A model generated the notes under the pieces. It was not told the origin of the DNA and did no database searches. It saw only the letters and a list, made by a program, of their open reading frames with translations. Below are positions 48,031 through 61,680 of a stretch of 64,000 nucleotides of DNA, piece after piece (positions within the stretch are counted from its first letter, which is position 1; the number at the start of each line of letters is the position of its first letter). A program made the translations under genes and the position numbers. This DNA is from Utricularia gibba (lineage: Eukaryota > Plantae > Magnoliophyta), in the NCBI GenBank assembly GCA_002189035.1, contig NEEC01000012.1:248001-312000 (forward strand). Direction: 5' to 3'.

Positions 48031-49089
48031 GTTGTTGTTGTTGTTGTTATTATTAATCTTAGTCTTATTTTTATTTTTCTTAATATTATTTTTCTTTTTC
48101 ATTATCATTATAATATAGGTTTGGTATTATGACAACAAATCATGTTGAGGCGATGAATGGAGTGTTTCGAGGTGAGCGACGGCTTCCTCCTACGACCATT
48201 GCCAAGGTATGTAAAATAATTTCTTTAATTGTAGATTTGTTATATATATAATACAAAAATTTGTGATTGTAGGCTACATTTGAGAAAGCAAAAGAATACT
48301 TTGAAGATCGTGCTGATGCAGCTCGACGAATGACTGCAAAAGGAATGAAATGGGCAGAGAAGGGTGATGAGCTATTTAAATTAGGAGCAGAGAAGCTTAA
48401 TGGTCTTATAGTTGATAATTTCAGTAGAGAGACCATGGCTACTTCTGTTATGGAGATAGCTTCAACACGGAGGACAGTTTACATAGTCGATATTTCACGT
48501 AGAACGTGTACTTGTGGATTCTGGCAGAGCTTTAGAGTTCCTTGCAATCATGCGCAACAAGTAATTTATAAAAAAAAATTTCTTTAATAAATTATAAATT
48601 TTTTAAATTACTAATCTTATTTTTCTACACGCATGTCATAGTTTCAAAATTCAACCTCAAAAATTCATCGATAAGGTGTATTCGATGAAAAAGTTAGTTG
48701 CTACCTATGAAGGTGAATTCCAACCTCTTCGAGACGAATCTCATTGGGATCCATCACCATTTATATTGAAGCCAAACCCTGCAAGACTACATGAACGACG
48801 TCGAGGTCGACAGACAACAACTTGCCGACAGGGACCAACGGATTGGACAACTGGTAGTTCAAACTCAAGAAGATCCTCTATGCATTCAAGTTGTGCAGAA
48901 TATGAGCATCCATCTACTGATTTGCCGCAACATTCCTCATATGATGCTGGTTATGAGACACGAGGGAGGATGTCTTCATTATTTGGATCAAGTTCTTCAC
49001 AAAATCAAGCACCACATCCTCCAAGAAGATCAACGATCAACTCTTGGTACTCAACTCAAGAATCTTTTTCCAAAAAGGCGCTCAAATAA
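46096..49089 (+). pseudogene. MuDRA-like transposase, multi-exon, with stops and frameshift
   Basis: MuDR DNA-binding region (GLIFETK.KLQ.A), MULE domain (FWAFGPC...IQVDGTHL...LLVAV...FPVAYAIVDEES..AW.WFL), RFGIMTTNHVE, SWIM CTCGFWQ..RVPCNHA. Stops near 46294 and 46846, and a frameshift near 47360. Confidence 0.85.
47978..48055. repeat. Compound microsatellite (TTA)~17-18(TTG)6(TTA)3
   Basis: Seen directly; lies just inside intron 47972-48118 of the MULE transposase. Confidence 0.95.
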
Positions 49090-50429
49090 TTGATAAAATG
49101 ATTGTTGATTTAAAATTTTTTATATTTTTTAAATTGTAATTTATGAATTTATTTGATTGTTAAATTTAATTGAATTTTATGGATATGATTTATGAAAAAT
49201 GAAAACTTTTATTCATGTATTTGAAAATGATAAACATTTTATATTTTTAAAATGCTAGTTAATTTTATCATTTAAAAATATTTATGTTTATGTATTTGTA
49301 AATTTAATTAAAAATATGAAAAATGCAGAATATAATAAGGAATATATATCATTTTTGTTTATTAAATAATTATATAAATTTTTTGGGATTAAATGTAAAG
49401 ACAGCCATAAACGCCCATCCCCATGAAACCACGCCTTATACGAGTGTGGGTTACACTTTGCACGGGCGTGGGATATGCCTTGCACAGGCGTGGGTTATAT
49501 AACCTACGTCTGTCGAAGGCATTTTTTTTTTAATTTTTCAATTTATAATTTAATAAATTATTTTTTATGAAATATTATAATTATTTTAAATTTAAATTAA
49601 ATTACTTGAAATTAATATTAATTTATTATTTATTTTGAACATATTTGCATATTTTACTAATTATTTATTTGTATATTTATAATTTATTGTTCATTACATA
49701 TCAACAATAAAAATTAATTATACATATATATATATATGTAAATGAAATTATATATTATTTTAAATATATCAAATATAGTTTTATTATTTTCTTTCGTCAA
49801 ATAGGGGTATTCAACAAACACAAAAAAAAAACGGGGTATTCAGCTAATTTTAGTGAAATGCGGGGTATTCAACAAATACTTTTTTGGCAGTGGGGCATTA
49901 TGCCAACAAAGCCGTGATAACTGGGTGCAAATTTGCGACAGATCAGATTTTTTCATTTATCTAACAATAATGTTGTAAAAAGTTTTTGATACAAAGCACA
50001 TGTTTTCATTTCCTAAAATTTTATTAATGATGAGATTTAGTTTTAATAATTTATTATAATTATTATATATATTATTTCTATATAAATATGTATGATTACA
50101 ATTTTATATAATTAAAAATAGTAAAAATACAAAAAAATCGGTATTCTCTATTAGTATTTTTAATGATACAATTTTTAAATAATTTTATTATGAATTTATT
50201 GTCTAAGTTTTTAAAAATTGGAAAAACTATTAATAATGGAAATTGTTTTTAAGATACATTTTCAAAAGAAATGATAATATATCTAATATTAACATTTTAA
50301 TAAAATGAAAACGAAATAAAAATAAAATAGTAATTTTGTATTCAAATACTCACGTACCTATCTAAGAGGTAAACCAACAAGTAAAAATAAAGATAGTAGA
50401 TATTAGTACTAGATAGAACCACTAGAATC

Positions 50430-50799
50430 AAGTAAATCTAGTTTTATGTATTTCGTTATGGATAGACCTAATTATGGAATAAGTGATGAAATCAGGAGCT
50501 ATGTTAACAAAAAATATAAGAAACAAGTGAAGGAAGAAATCGATAAAGAGGGAAAAAAATATGAAGAAGTATTTCTTGAGAATGCAAACATTGAGACCAA
50601 GTTGGAGTAACTGAGTGCTATTGAAGGTGAACAAGGAGGAAAAATTTTGAATCTAAAGCCATTGGATCTTTACATGCACCACATTTTGATGGATAATAAG
50701 CAGGAAAATTCTGTAATTATTTCTGATGGTCTCACCTCGCATCAAGAGAAAACCTTCTTTGATGAATTCATCCAAAATTAATAAGAAATTTTGGGTAAT
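50430..50799 (+). pseudogene. Athila pol fragment (protease-RT linker)
   Basis: LNLKPLDLYMHHILMDNKQENSVIISDGLTSHQEK parallels ELKPLPTHLKYAFLDEEMNNPVIISNSHSLDQEL at about 13370. Confidence 0.55.
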
Positions 50800-52094
50800 T
50801 GTTAATTGTCATTTTATAATTTATTATTATGTATTATTATGTATTAATCTAGTGTTAAGTTATCCAATTTAGGATTTATATTGATAAATATTTTATTTAC
50901 TTAAAAAAATCTTATTTTCTATTTTGTATATATTTTCTTTGTCTTTTTCGTGCACTTTGACCGAAATATGTCAAGAGGCAGTTGTGGAGTGTTGCAGGAA
51001 ACCAAATTCTGACTTTTCGTGCGTTGCAAATGACTTGGAATGATTGTGAACGAAAAATTGACATTAGTCAAGTCCCCTGACTTATGATATGTCAAAGTCA
51101 ATAACAATGATTGGACGCTTACTTGTATGCATATGAAAGGTGGTGGCACACGCAAGACAAAAAGGTTGATGGGAAGGGGACCAGAAGGAATTAATGCACG
51201 TGGAGAGTAAAATAAAACCAATTTGGAACAATCTCTTTCAGACCTCTTGACACTTTGTTCTTACACTAAGAACTTTTGGTTCCCTCCAAGGGAGGAAGAA
51301 TAGTTTAGCTTGCCTTTTCGTTTTCTGTTTTGATGCCCCTTTGTGGCTAAACTCTTTTAGTTTCTGAGAATAGATAAAATTTACTTCCATGTCTTGAGCA
51401 TTAATCTCGTCTCTTTACTGAAATTCATTTCGGATTTTGTATACTTCCACACGTTTTGTTACAGTTTTTCTATAACAACTCTTAGTCATGGTTCTTGAGT
51501 AGCGGGTCACTCCTCACGGATTTTGATAAAGAGCAAGGTGAAGAATACTACCTCCCACCTTCGCAGTTCGAAGGAAGTAGCGAACTGTTTGTGATTAAGG
51601 TACCGCGACAATGGACAGGTAGTGACCTCATACCTGTCATTGGTCATTGGCAACAGCTGGGCACATGTGCACAATTCGGTTATGAAGGCAATCAACGTTA
51701 ATCCTCTTGTATTTTCAATCGTCTCAGGGGAACCATATGAGGCTATTCCCGTGCCTCCATGTCAATAAAATTGTAAAGGAGAATAGGCTATTTCTTGCTC
51801 CTATAACCAGCTATTTGAAAGTAATTAATGAAAACCGAACCGAGGATAGTTTAAAGAAAGAAAAGAAATCCATTTCCAAGAAATTGCAACCTTTAGTCAA
51901 AATTCATCACTTCTGTTGTAACTTTTATTTCTATATTTCGAAAACCTCTTTATACAAACCCGTGACAATTTGTAAAAGTTTTCTACAAAACACTTTTCGC
52001 AAAACTCAACTCCCTAAAATTGATACTCGTGCTACATTCTTTTGTGTTCAATGTTTTACATATTAAAAATTTATTGAGAAAACGACATGCAATA
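50800..52094 (+). mobile_element. Family A LTR (about 1295 bp), no matching TSD
   Basis: TGTTAATTGTC ... GAAAACGACATGCAATA; colinear with the reverse complement of 6273-7526; flanks GTAAT and AGGAT differ. Confidence 0.85.
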
Positions 52095-54960
52095 AGGATA
52101 GTTAATCTTCCGGTGATTAATATTTAGAAGCACTATTTACATGAATTTCATCTAAGTCATTATTATCAGTCAATATATATGTAGGTCATCTTCATCAATG
52201 TTAACCTCATTACAATGTCCAAAAGCTAATGATAAAAAAACATGAAATATTTATTAAATACAGAAAAAATATTTTAACCTTATAAAAATATAAATCTAAC
52301 CATTTTAATTGTTCGTTGTTAATAAATCATGGAAAAACCAAAATTAGGGTCAAAGGGATGAAAGTTGTGATGAAAATTAATATCTCTATTTATGTTTTGA
52401 TTCTCAAAATACAAAATGTTCAAATTATATGTGCCACCTGAAATTGTGAAATTGTATATTTTGATAAATTTTATATGAAAAATAAACTTCAAACAATTAA
52501 ATAATTACCATGTCAACAAGAAGGAAAACCCAAACTTATTGTATCAATATAAAGTTCAATACTCAAATCTTTGTTATGCAATATTGATATCCATATTTGT
52601 AAGTGGAATGTAACTAGCGTCAGTTGTATGTGTATCATAGAATTTGGCGGTAATCTGAATCGAATACAAATTAGGATTTATATTCAATTTCATATGGATA
52701 TTCCTAAATAGTTCTTTATATTACAAATTCGGTTTAACAATAATATTGCATACAGGATTTCAATCGTAATGTATGTAGTCAATATGAAAATTGTTGATAA
52801 AAGAATCACCAAAGAACAACTTCAAAATAATTTGACCATTTAACTTAACATAAAAAATAATGAATAATTTCTACATAAACACTTCAAAGATTTTATAAAA
52901 AAAAATACAAAACAACTTTGAAAGTAGAATATGTATTAAGCAAATTAAGGAATGTTTATATTGAAAGGTTATGTTAATATCAAAATGATTACTATTAATG
53001 TTATTTTCAATTAGAAATTCCATTTTTATATATAAGTTAGAAATTCCAACTGGATTTGTTTATTTTAAAATGAATAAATAAGAATTTCCAATTTAAACCG
53101 TAATATAAATTAAGATTATTCAAATACAAATACTAGTATAACGTTCACTTTACATGAAACACTTCATTTTTTTTAATATTCATAAGTATCATTATAATAT
53201 TTTCAATTTTGAGAATTGTGTAAATAATGTTAAAATAATTCAATAAATTTATCATTTGTATTTAGATAAATAAAACGTATATTTAAAATTAAACAAATTA
53301 TTTTAAGAAAAAAGTATAAACATGAATTATTTGTTGGTCAGGAAATGATATTTTTAAAAAAGTTAATAAAAAATATGTATTTTAAAATATAATGTTAATT
53401 GGTTGTTATTTGTTTTTTGATTTTTTGTTGTAAAAGTAGTTTTGTTATGGTTTATAATTTATATATGTAATAATCAAATACTATCATGTAATGTAATAAT
53501 TTTAAATTAAAATATTTTTTTAATTTGCATAAATCATTTAATTACCTAAATATTACTTTTTAACATTTATTATTAAATAACTAAGTTGCTATTCAAATAT
53601 TAAAAAATTTTTATAGCTATTTAAAAACTGTGAGATTAAATTTATTTACAAATTACTTAAAAAGTGTTATAGTAATAAACATTAACCAAAAATATTTATT
53701 TTTTCATATGTTACTATTTGTATTTTTAAAAATTATAATTAAAAATATTTTTCAAATAAAGTTTATATTGATTTGATAAAATATTAGTAATTATTTATTT
53801 TAAAATAAAAATGAAACTAAACACCTGCACCAAATACTTTATTAAACATTGTTATTTTATAAAGATAAAGATATGTCAATTACTCAAACCCAACTTCTAG
53901 GGTTACATTGGGTGTGTTACCAAAATACATATTTAAAAAATATGTATTGGTAAAATACATAAGGTAATATAAAAGTTAATAAAATACATGTGTTCAGATA
54001 TCATGATTGTTCTACTTTCTCTATCTTCACTTCTCTATCACCAGCCTTGATGGCAAAAATCTGACTACTCACACATCTCCCATATTCTTCCTCCATTAAA
54101 AAACTAAAAATTCCCCATAATCACATGCATGTAAAAATAATCCGCTTACCACCAATACACGTAAGGTAATATAAAGGATAGTAAAATACATGTGTCTTCG
54201 AGGGTGTCACTATTATAGGGTAATTTTATCAATGGAGTGAACACAAGTAACATTGAATTAAATTATAAAATTATTTTACTAACGAACTCTTTATTATTAA
54301 AGTTGAATGGAATTGTACCTACCCTCCTTTGATATAAATTCCTTCTTCCTTCTTTTCTCTTCAGTGGTTTTCAGATTTCAGATTTATTTATTACTGCCTG
54401 CTTCCTCCCCTCTTTTGGTATTTATGTCAATCCTTCTGTGATTCCTCCTCTTTCATTTTTCTTGTTTCTCCACCTCTGATCCAAACTTTGCATTCAATTA
54501 CCAGATTCTTGAATCAATGACCAAGACTACAATGAAATCCTATGTTGGAGGTCTAATATTGGATGATTCATCAGTCCATCATGTGTATGCTTTGGAAGCT
54601 GTGAAAATTTTAGCAGCGAAATGAAACATTTCCTAGAGTAAGTTATTGGACACTATTGAAAGTGAGCTAGAAATCAAAGTAGATTGTGATAATGTTCGAT
54701 TATGTGCCAAGTTCTATAGCAGCAATTCCTCTACTGCAAATCATATTAATGTTAGCGATTCAACAAATCCCTTGTTCATTATGAGCCCCAAAAAATCTTA
54801 TTTTAGTATTGAAATGTTAATCTCAAAACATAACTCAACAGATTGTTCATCATCTCACCCAAATTAGTATTTGCTTTTAATCCCTATGAATTTTATATAA
54901 TTCTTTTCTAACTTTAAAAAGAAATTTACTAATTTGTATTTATAAATTTTAATCTTTTTT

Positions 54961-55474
54961 GGACAAATTTAATTAAGGCCATCAAACTTATCTTCTATTT
55001 TCAATTTTATAATCAAAATTTTTTAGTTCCATTAAACATATCAAAACTGTTTAATTTTAAAAATAAATATATAAAATTTATTGTTTATTTATGTAAACTA
55101 ATATTTGCATGGATTTCATCAAAATATAATCCAATTTAATAAAATATTTCATTAAACTCATCAAAAATTAATACAAAAATTAATTTTTTTTGTTTTTTGA
55201 TTGTAAACAAAATAGTTTTTACATTGTTAATAATTTTTGTATAATGATTAAATTATGATTAAATTTTTTTACAATGAAAATAAAAGTGTATATATATTTC
55301 ACATATTTCATTAAATCAGATTTATTATCATTTTATTCAATTACAAAAAATCAATTTTTATATTCATATTTGAAATCAAAAATTTTTGATATGTTTAATT
55401 ACTTTATTGAAACAAAAAAAATTGATGATAAATGAAATGGAAGATAAGTTTGATAGCTTTAATGAAATTTTCCC
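54961..55474. mobile_element. Mutator-type MITE (514 bp)
   Basis: TIRs GGACAAATTTAATTAAGGCCATCAAACTTATCTT versus reverse complement GGGAAAATTTCATTAAAGCTATCAAACTTATCTT; TSD unclear. Confidence 0.7.
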
Positions 55475-58400
55475 TTTCTTTGTAGTATTTTAATTTTTTA
55501 AGTAGTGATTATTTCACATCTATTTTTTTTATTGATTTTAGTTGTTATATGAAAATATCATTATTGATTTAATTCATACTTAATTACGAATATTTTTACT
55601 CATTTGATTGGTTGTTATGAAAGATAATATTTTTTAAAAGTTATAAATAAGTAGAAGTAGTTTGAATACATTATTCTTATCATAAAATTAAAAGCTTTAT
55701 TATTATTATTTTTTCTATGATTGAAAACTAGCATATACATTGTTGTAATAAAATATTAATTATAAATTTATTAGTAATAATTACTTTCAATGCTTTACGA
55801 ATCGATTTAGAGGTCTAGACGTTCAATTTTTAATGATTATGCTTTGAAAAATTGCAATGTCTCTTCGTTAAGAACAGTCACAATATCCCCAGCAATATGA
55901 TTGCTCACAATATTCAGAAAGTATAAAATGATTTTATGCATATTATAGTATAATATAGACCATTGATTTCGAATCTTTCATCGGTTTTAGGTTCGAACCT
56001 TCAATTTTCGATTGATCCCAACTACCATACTAGTGATGGTATGGATTATCAACATGAAACTGGTCATTGGCCATGATTCTTTCTTTAATTATTATGATTA
56101 AGGCAGGGATTACGACTACCAAGATGACTCCCATGTCTTTCCAGTTGGTGATGACATGTATGCAGATGAGGCATGCAATTTATCTGATGATGATGATATT
56201 CCAGCTGGCTCAGATTTTGAGGATGCTGATGGAGAATTAGTGGTCGAAGATTTACCTGACTTGCCTCCTAATGTCAAAATTCATGAGACATATGTAGGAG
56301 CCCCCTTACCAATGCAAGAAGAGAATGAATCAGATGTTTATGCTGATTCGATGGATGCATTCATTCCAAGAGATTATTATGATAAGAGAACCCGAATTCT
56401 TTGGTAGGGTATGACACTGAAGGATCGTGAGACCATCATGGATGCAGTTGTCAAGTGGCATTTTACCATTGATCAGTGAGAATGTAGAACATACAAAAGC
56501 GATAACTACTAATATAAGGTGATGTGTCCGCAGACTGATAGTGGGAAGGAGTATTGCCCTTTTGAGTGTAGAACAGCTTATCAAAAGAGATTAGGGATGT
56601 GGAAGATAACAAAGCTGTAGAGCCTCATACTTGTGAACTAACGTCAGAAGCAGCATCCACCAACGCCAACCTAAACATTCGATATGTTGCTCCTTGGCTT
56701 ATTCTATATCTAAACCCAAAGATAATGACTCTAAGTGTTCAACGTATCATCAAGAATCTGTTCACCTATGATATGCCTAAGTGGCATGCTTGAACTTGTA
56801 CGTATTGAGCCTATGAACTCCGTTATGGTACCTAGTAGGCTTCTTATGCCCAAGTACCTATCTATCTTAAAGAGATTTAGAAGCAAAATCCAGGAATAGT
56901 GGTGACATGGGAACATGAGACTCATTTTCATTGTGATCATCTCTTGAAGTGGATTTTTTGAGCTTTTGGCTTTTCAATAAAAGCCTTCATACATTGTCGG
57001 CCAATCATGTGCATGGATGCTATTCACTTATGTGGTAGTTACGACTACAAATTACTTGTAGCAGTTGTATACAAGTAACCATGTAGTCACATTGGGATAT
57101 GCATTCATCCATGATGAAAGTGCGGAGGATTGGATCTGGTTTACGGAGCAATTGGTTCGATATGTAATCACGGGAAGAACAGGAGTATGTATCATCAATT
57201 ATCATGGATCTAGGCTATTAGCTATGTACAAACGATACCAAGAGCTTGTTCCCTCGTATGGTATTCATCGTTTCTATGTTTTCCACATGTGGAAAAATTG
57301 CATGAGCCATACTAAATCAAAATCAAAGGAGGCATCAACGATTATTTATAGGGCTACCTACTCTCGGAACCACTTCGAGCATACACAAGTAATAAATCAC
57401 CTTGCAAGGGCCATTCCAATAGATACGCCTACATGATGGATATTCCTTTGATTGATTGGATCTTGATAAATGATCAGGGTCATCGGTAAGTGAATTCTTG
57501 TAATTAGATATTATGAATTACATTGTCATTCTGATTTCCCAATTTATTAAGTATGGGATCATGACTGCGAATCATGTAGAGACCTTGAATGGAGCATTAT
57601 GAGATGTCCGTCGTCTACCTCCAACGGCTATTGCAAAGGTGAAAACTTTAAATACATATAGATTCATATAAACAAACTAGCATGGGTATGACTATCTATG
57701 CAAGTTACCTTCGAAAAGAGTAAATATTATTTTAAAAAGTACAGGGTAGAAGCACTAGTAAGGAGATTAGCTTGCCAAACTTTTGGCGACAAGGTGCATG
57801 AGGCCTATAAGGTAGAATCAAGACTAGTATCTCGACCTACATTGTATATGATGAATGAACTCATGAGGTAGATGTCAAACTGGAGACCAATTGCATCATT
57901 GAAACTCGAAGGGTAAGAGTTGAAGACCAGCACTACAATTGTGGTGTGTGGCAATTAGATCGATATCCCTGCAGTCATGCACAAAAGATATACAAACAAA
58001 CTCTATCTACAATATAACCTACAACTTAAATCTATTAACTTTTCTTTATTAAGTATGTCACTGGTTATGGAACAAGCCCAAAGACAAAACCAGTGATTAT
58101 TATAGACTATTGTCAAAGTTGAGCACTTATAATAGTGAAGTTCATCCTATAAGAGACGAACGAGATTGGGCACCACCAGCTTGGGTGGTATAAAGCAACA
58201 CGGCACCAGGGACTTGTGGATTACCAACAACAAAAGAAAAAGAAAGGTAGACCTAAGAAGATCAAGACATTCAATCCAATTGATTTGAATATATTGTCAC
58301 CTACAAATCCTGATCACGAGGGCATCTACCTTGGAGTCTAGATAATCATGATGTGGCGGACACGTAGATCGACGAAAATGAATGAACCTTCGGATAACGA

Positions 58401-59063
58401 TGCGTGATCTAGTTTTGTCTAACAATTTTGTGTCCGCGGACACGGACACTCTCTCTCCGCGAACGATCAATCATTTTTTTATTTTTTCAATTCTTTTTTA
58501 TTCAAATATATTTAATATATAAACCTTATTTCTTCACACACAACTCCATCTCTTCATTTTTCTCCTGCACAGCGGATCTAGTTTGACAAAAGGATGAAGA
58601 TTCACTTCCAATTTTTTGTTTGTAGCTATTGGATAATGTAGGATTTTTATATTTTCACAAAATATGAAAGTTTTCATCTTATATTAGTATATTAATTGTA
58701 CTAATTGAAGTATTTAAAAAATTTCTAAACATTTTTATTTTTTTTTTGCTTAATATTTTGGAATAACTAGTATTTGATGATGCTTGATAGTTTATATTAT
58801 AATCTTTTGTAGAATACTTATGTTATATATCATGGTATAAAGTTATTTTTTTCTAGTGTCTCATAGATTTGATGAAACTTGATTAATGTCAAATATTTGT
58901 TGATTCTATTATTATTTTTATTTCCTTATATGCATTTTGAAATATTTTTTTTATTTTTTAGAATCATTTTAATTTATTGCATTTGATTTTATAGTATTCA
59001 TGTTAAGTGTATTTATTTAAATATTCATTTGATTATTTTTTCAATGATATTTTTTAGGTTAAT

Positions 59064-59950
59064 ATGGCTTCAATGTCAATATGGAAAGATAAAGAAGTCA
59101 ACATATTAGTGTCATTTTCGTTAAATACTTCCATTGATCCCATTACTAGTAATTCTAAAAAGGCAGAGTCATTTTGGAAGGTCATTAGTTCTTTCTATTG
59201 TGATGCAATCAAGGCTAATGGAACAAATGGAAAAGTTCGAGAACCTGAAGTTTTGAGGAAGAAGTGGAAAAGCTTAAGTGCAGATGTTCAAATTTCTTTT
59301 AGAATGTATGATAGGATTTCACGACATGATCCAAGCGGTTACAGCAATTATGACTTGATTGATATGAGCTTGAAGTTATATAAAGAAGAACTTCGTAAGC
59401 CTTTTACATATTTGGAAGCTTGAAAAATATTGCGAGATCAACCAAAATCCATTGTTATTTACATCTTGTTTTCTTTTTATTAACTCATTGTTTTGTATAA
59501 AAACATGATATAGACAATGGAAGGAAGAGGAAAAAGAAAGCAAGTATTACATGTGACTCTTCACCAGTTCAATACCATGCCTCCAAATGTGATAGAACAA
59601 GTGAATTCAGAGGTTCCAACTATACAATGCCCCATTGGACAAAAGAATGTTTCTTTAGGGGAGTACCTCTAGCGGGATTCCTCAAGAAAAAAAAGATGTT
59701 GTCAAAGCCGTCACTGATAAATTGGATGAGTATAGGATTGAAATGGCAAGACACAATACATTGTATCAACATATTGCAGAAATTGCAGTGAACTCTGAAC
59801 ACGAGTTGAGGTTGTTGATCGAGATAGATGTGTCGAAGATGGATGACTTTCAAAAAATACTCTATAGTGAAGCGCACAATCATTCATTATCTAGTATGAA
59901 TGCTCAACAAAATTTACCTCCTACTAAGGCTAGTTCGCTTCCTTCATAGC
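59064..59950 (+). pseudogene. PIF/Harbinger ORF1, Myb/SANT-like DNA-binding protein
   Basis: WKDKEV.IL...S.DPITSN.KKAESFWKVI..Y...LRKKWKSL trihelix pattern; stops downstream. Confidence 0.75.
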
Positions 59951-60161
59951 TCAGTTTTCAGGAACCACATAGTGGTCAGAATGATGATTGTTGATACTTC
60001 ATGTTGTTTATTTTGATTGAGCTTGAACTTTTATGAACCATGCAACTTCAATTTAGTTTATTATATAGCATTGAACAATTTATTTAACTTATTAAACCTA
60101 TCTCAATAAGCACATCTTACAACTACTAATTTATCCTAGCATCCATACTTCATAACCATTG

Positions 60162-60352
60162 ATCTATCACACCAACCACATCTTACATCTACCAATCCAC
60201 TACACCTACCACACCTTCCAACTATCAACTTACCACACCAACCACATCTCACAATTATCAACCTACCATACCAACCATATCGACAACTACCAATCTACCA
60301 CACCAACTACATCTCACAACTATTTATCTACCACACCAACTACATCTCACTC
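60162..60352. repeat. C/A-rich minisatellite, period about 33 bp, about six copies
   Basis: Repeating ACCACACCAACCACATCTCACAATTATCAACCT-like units between the two PIF genes. Confidence 0.75.
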
Positions 60353-60457
60353 ATTATATATAATTTGTTCTATTGATAATGAATTCATTCCTGAATTCAA
60401 TGAAGAGCATGATCTTTTCGAAATAAGCATTTTGATTTAGAGGATTTTTCAATCATT

Positions 60458-61680
60458 ATGCCTCATCATAGTAGTGCATTTATTGATGCTATTGAAGCTA
60501 CTGTTGAGTATATATTCAAAGATGAGCCAGATCAACCCTGAAGAAATAGAGGAAAGCGTGAATACATTGATCGTGGGCGTGAGTTTGGAAACACTCGCCT
60601 AGTGGAAGACTTTCTCCATCAATGCCACCTACAATGATCAGATATTTCGTCGACATTTCAGAATGCGTCGTAGTTTGTTCAAGTGTATTATTTCCAATCT
60701 TGTGGAAGTAGTTCCATATCTACAAGAGAAACCAGATGCAACCGGTAGTGTCTCCTTAAAAACAATGCAAAAATGTACTGCTGCAATGCGAATGATAGCA
60801 TATGGATATGGTGCAAATGATTGTGATGAATATTTTCGAATTGGTGAGTCAACTACCCTCAAGTGCTTAAGATCTTTTGTAACCGAAATTCGTACAGTGT
60901 TTGAGACAAAATATATGCGATGCCCCAATCCAAGCGACATTTAAAGACTTCTATCATGGGGTGAATAAAGAGGATTCCCTAATATGTTGGGAAGTATAGA
61001 TTGTATTCATTAGGAGTGGAAAAATTGTTCTGTAACTTGGACACAATATACTCGTAGATATGGGTTTTCTACTGTCATATTAGAGGCAGTTGCTTCAAAT
61101 GATACATGGATATGACATTCGTTCTTTGATACTCCATGTTCAAATAATGATCTTAATGTGTTATCTCATTCAACGTTATTTGATGTCTAGGTGTGCCCCC
61201 TCCAATTGAATTCTTGGTCAATGAAAAAAAATATGATATAGGATATTACTTAGCTAATGGTATTTATCCTGAATGACTTGTTTTTATGAAAACTATTGCT
61301 CTTCTATAAAATCCAAAAACAAGACTCTTTGCTACTCAACAAGAAAGTGCAAGAAAGGATGTAGAACGAGTTTTTGGACTATTAAAAGTAAGGTTTGGAA
61401 TTATTTATTCACCTGCTTGCATGTGGGGATCATGAAACTCTAGTTAATATCATGTATGTTGTTATAATTTAACACAATATGATTGTTGAAGATGAACGAC
61501 GTGATACTTAATCAGATCCTGAAGTCTATGATCAAATAACACAAGAGCCACCTGATTTATTAGGAGAAAATATCCATGCTTTTGAAGCATGTCTTGCTCA
61601 AGTTATGAAATCCAAGAAAACAAGATTGCACAGATAGTTGAAAGTAGATTTGATTAAGTATATGTGGAATAAGTTTAGTT
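60458..61680 (+). pseudogene. PIF/Harbinger DDE transposase (HARBI1-like)
   Basis: FRRHFRMRRSLF, QKCTAAMRMIAYG, DEYFRIGEST, FPNMLGSIDCIH*EWKNC, ILEAVAS, QESARKDVERVFG; many stops. Confidence 0.85.

Larger units (their letters stand above)
45345..49913 (+). mobile_element. Mutator-like element (MULE), structurally complete, 4569 bp
   Basis: TIRs of about 130 bp (GAGTAATTTGGCAGAATACCCACTG versus reverse complement GGCTTTGTTGGCATAATGCCCCACTG); 10-bp TSD GTGAAAACTG (45335-45344) and GTGATAACTG (49914-49923). Confidence 0.88.

Noticed and set aside
47439-48108. Poly-Tyr/Cys and poly-Asn proteins
   Set aside because: They are translations of the intronic TTA/TTG microsatellite.
52100-54500. Hidden gene in the AT-rich interval
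   Set aside because: No ORFs, splice pattern or recognisable motifs; only low-complexity DNA and short local duplications.
60159-60440. Thr/His-rich repetitive ORF
   Set aside because: It is a translation of the 33-bp minisatellite.
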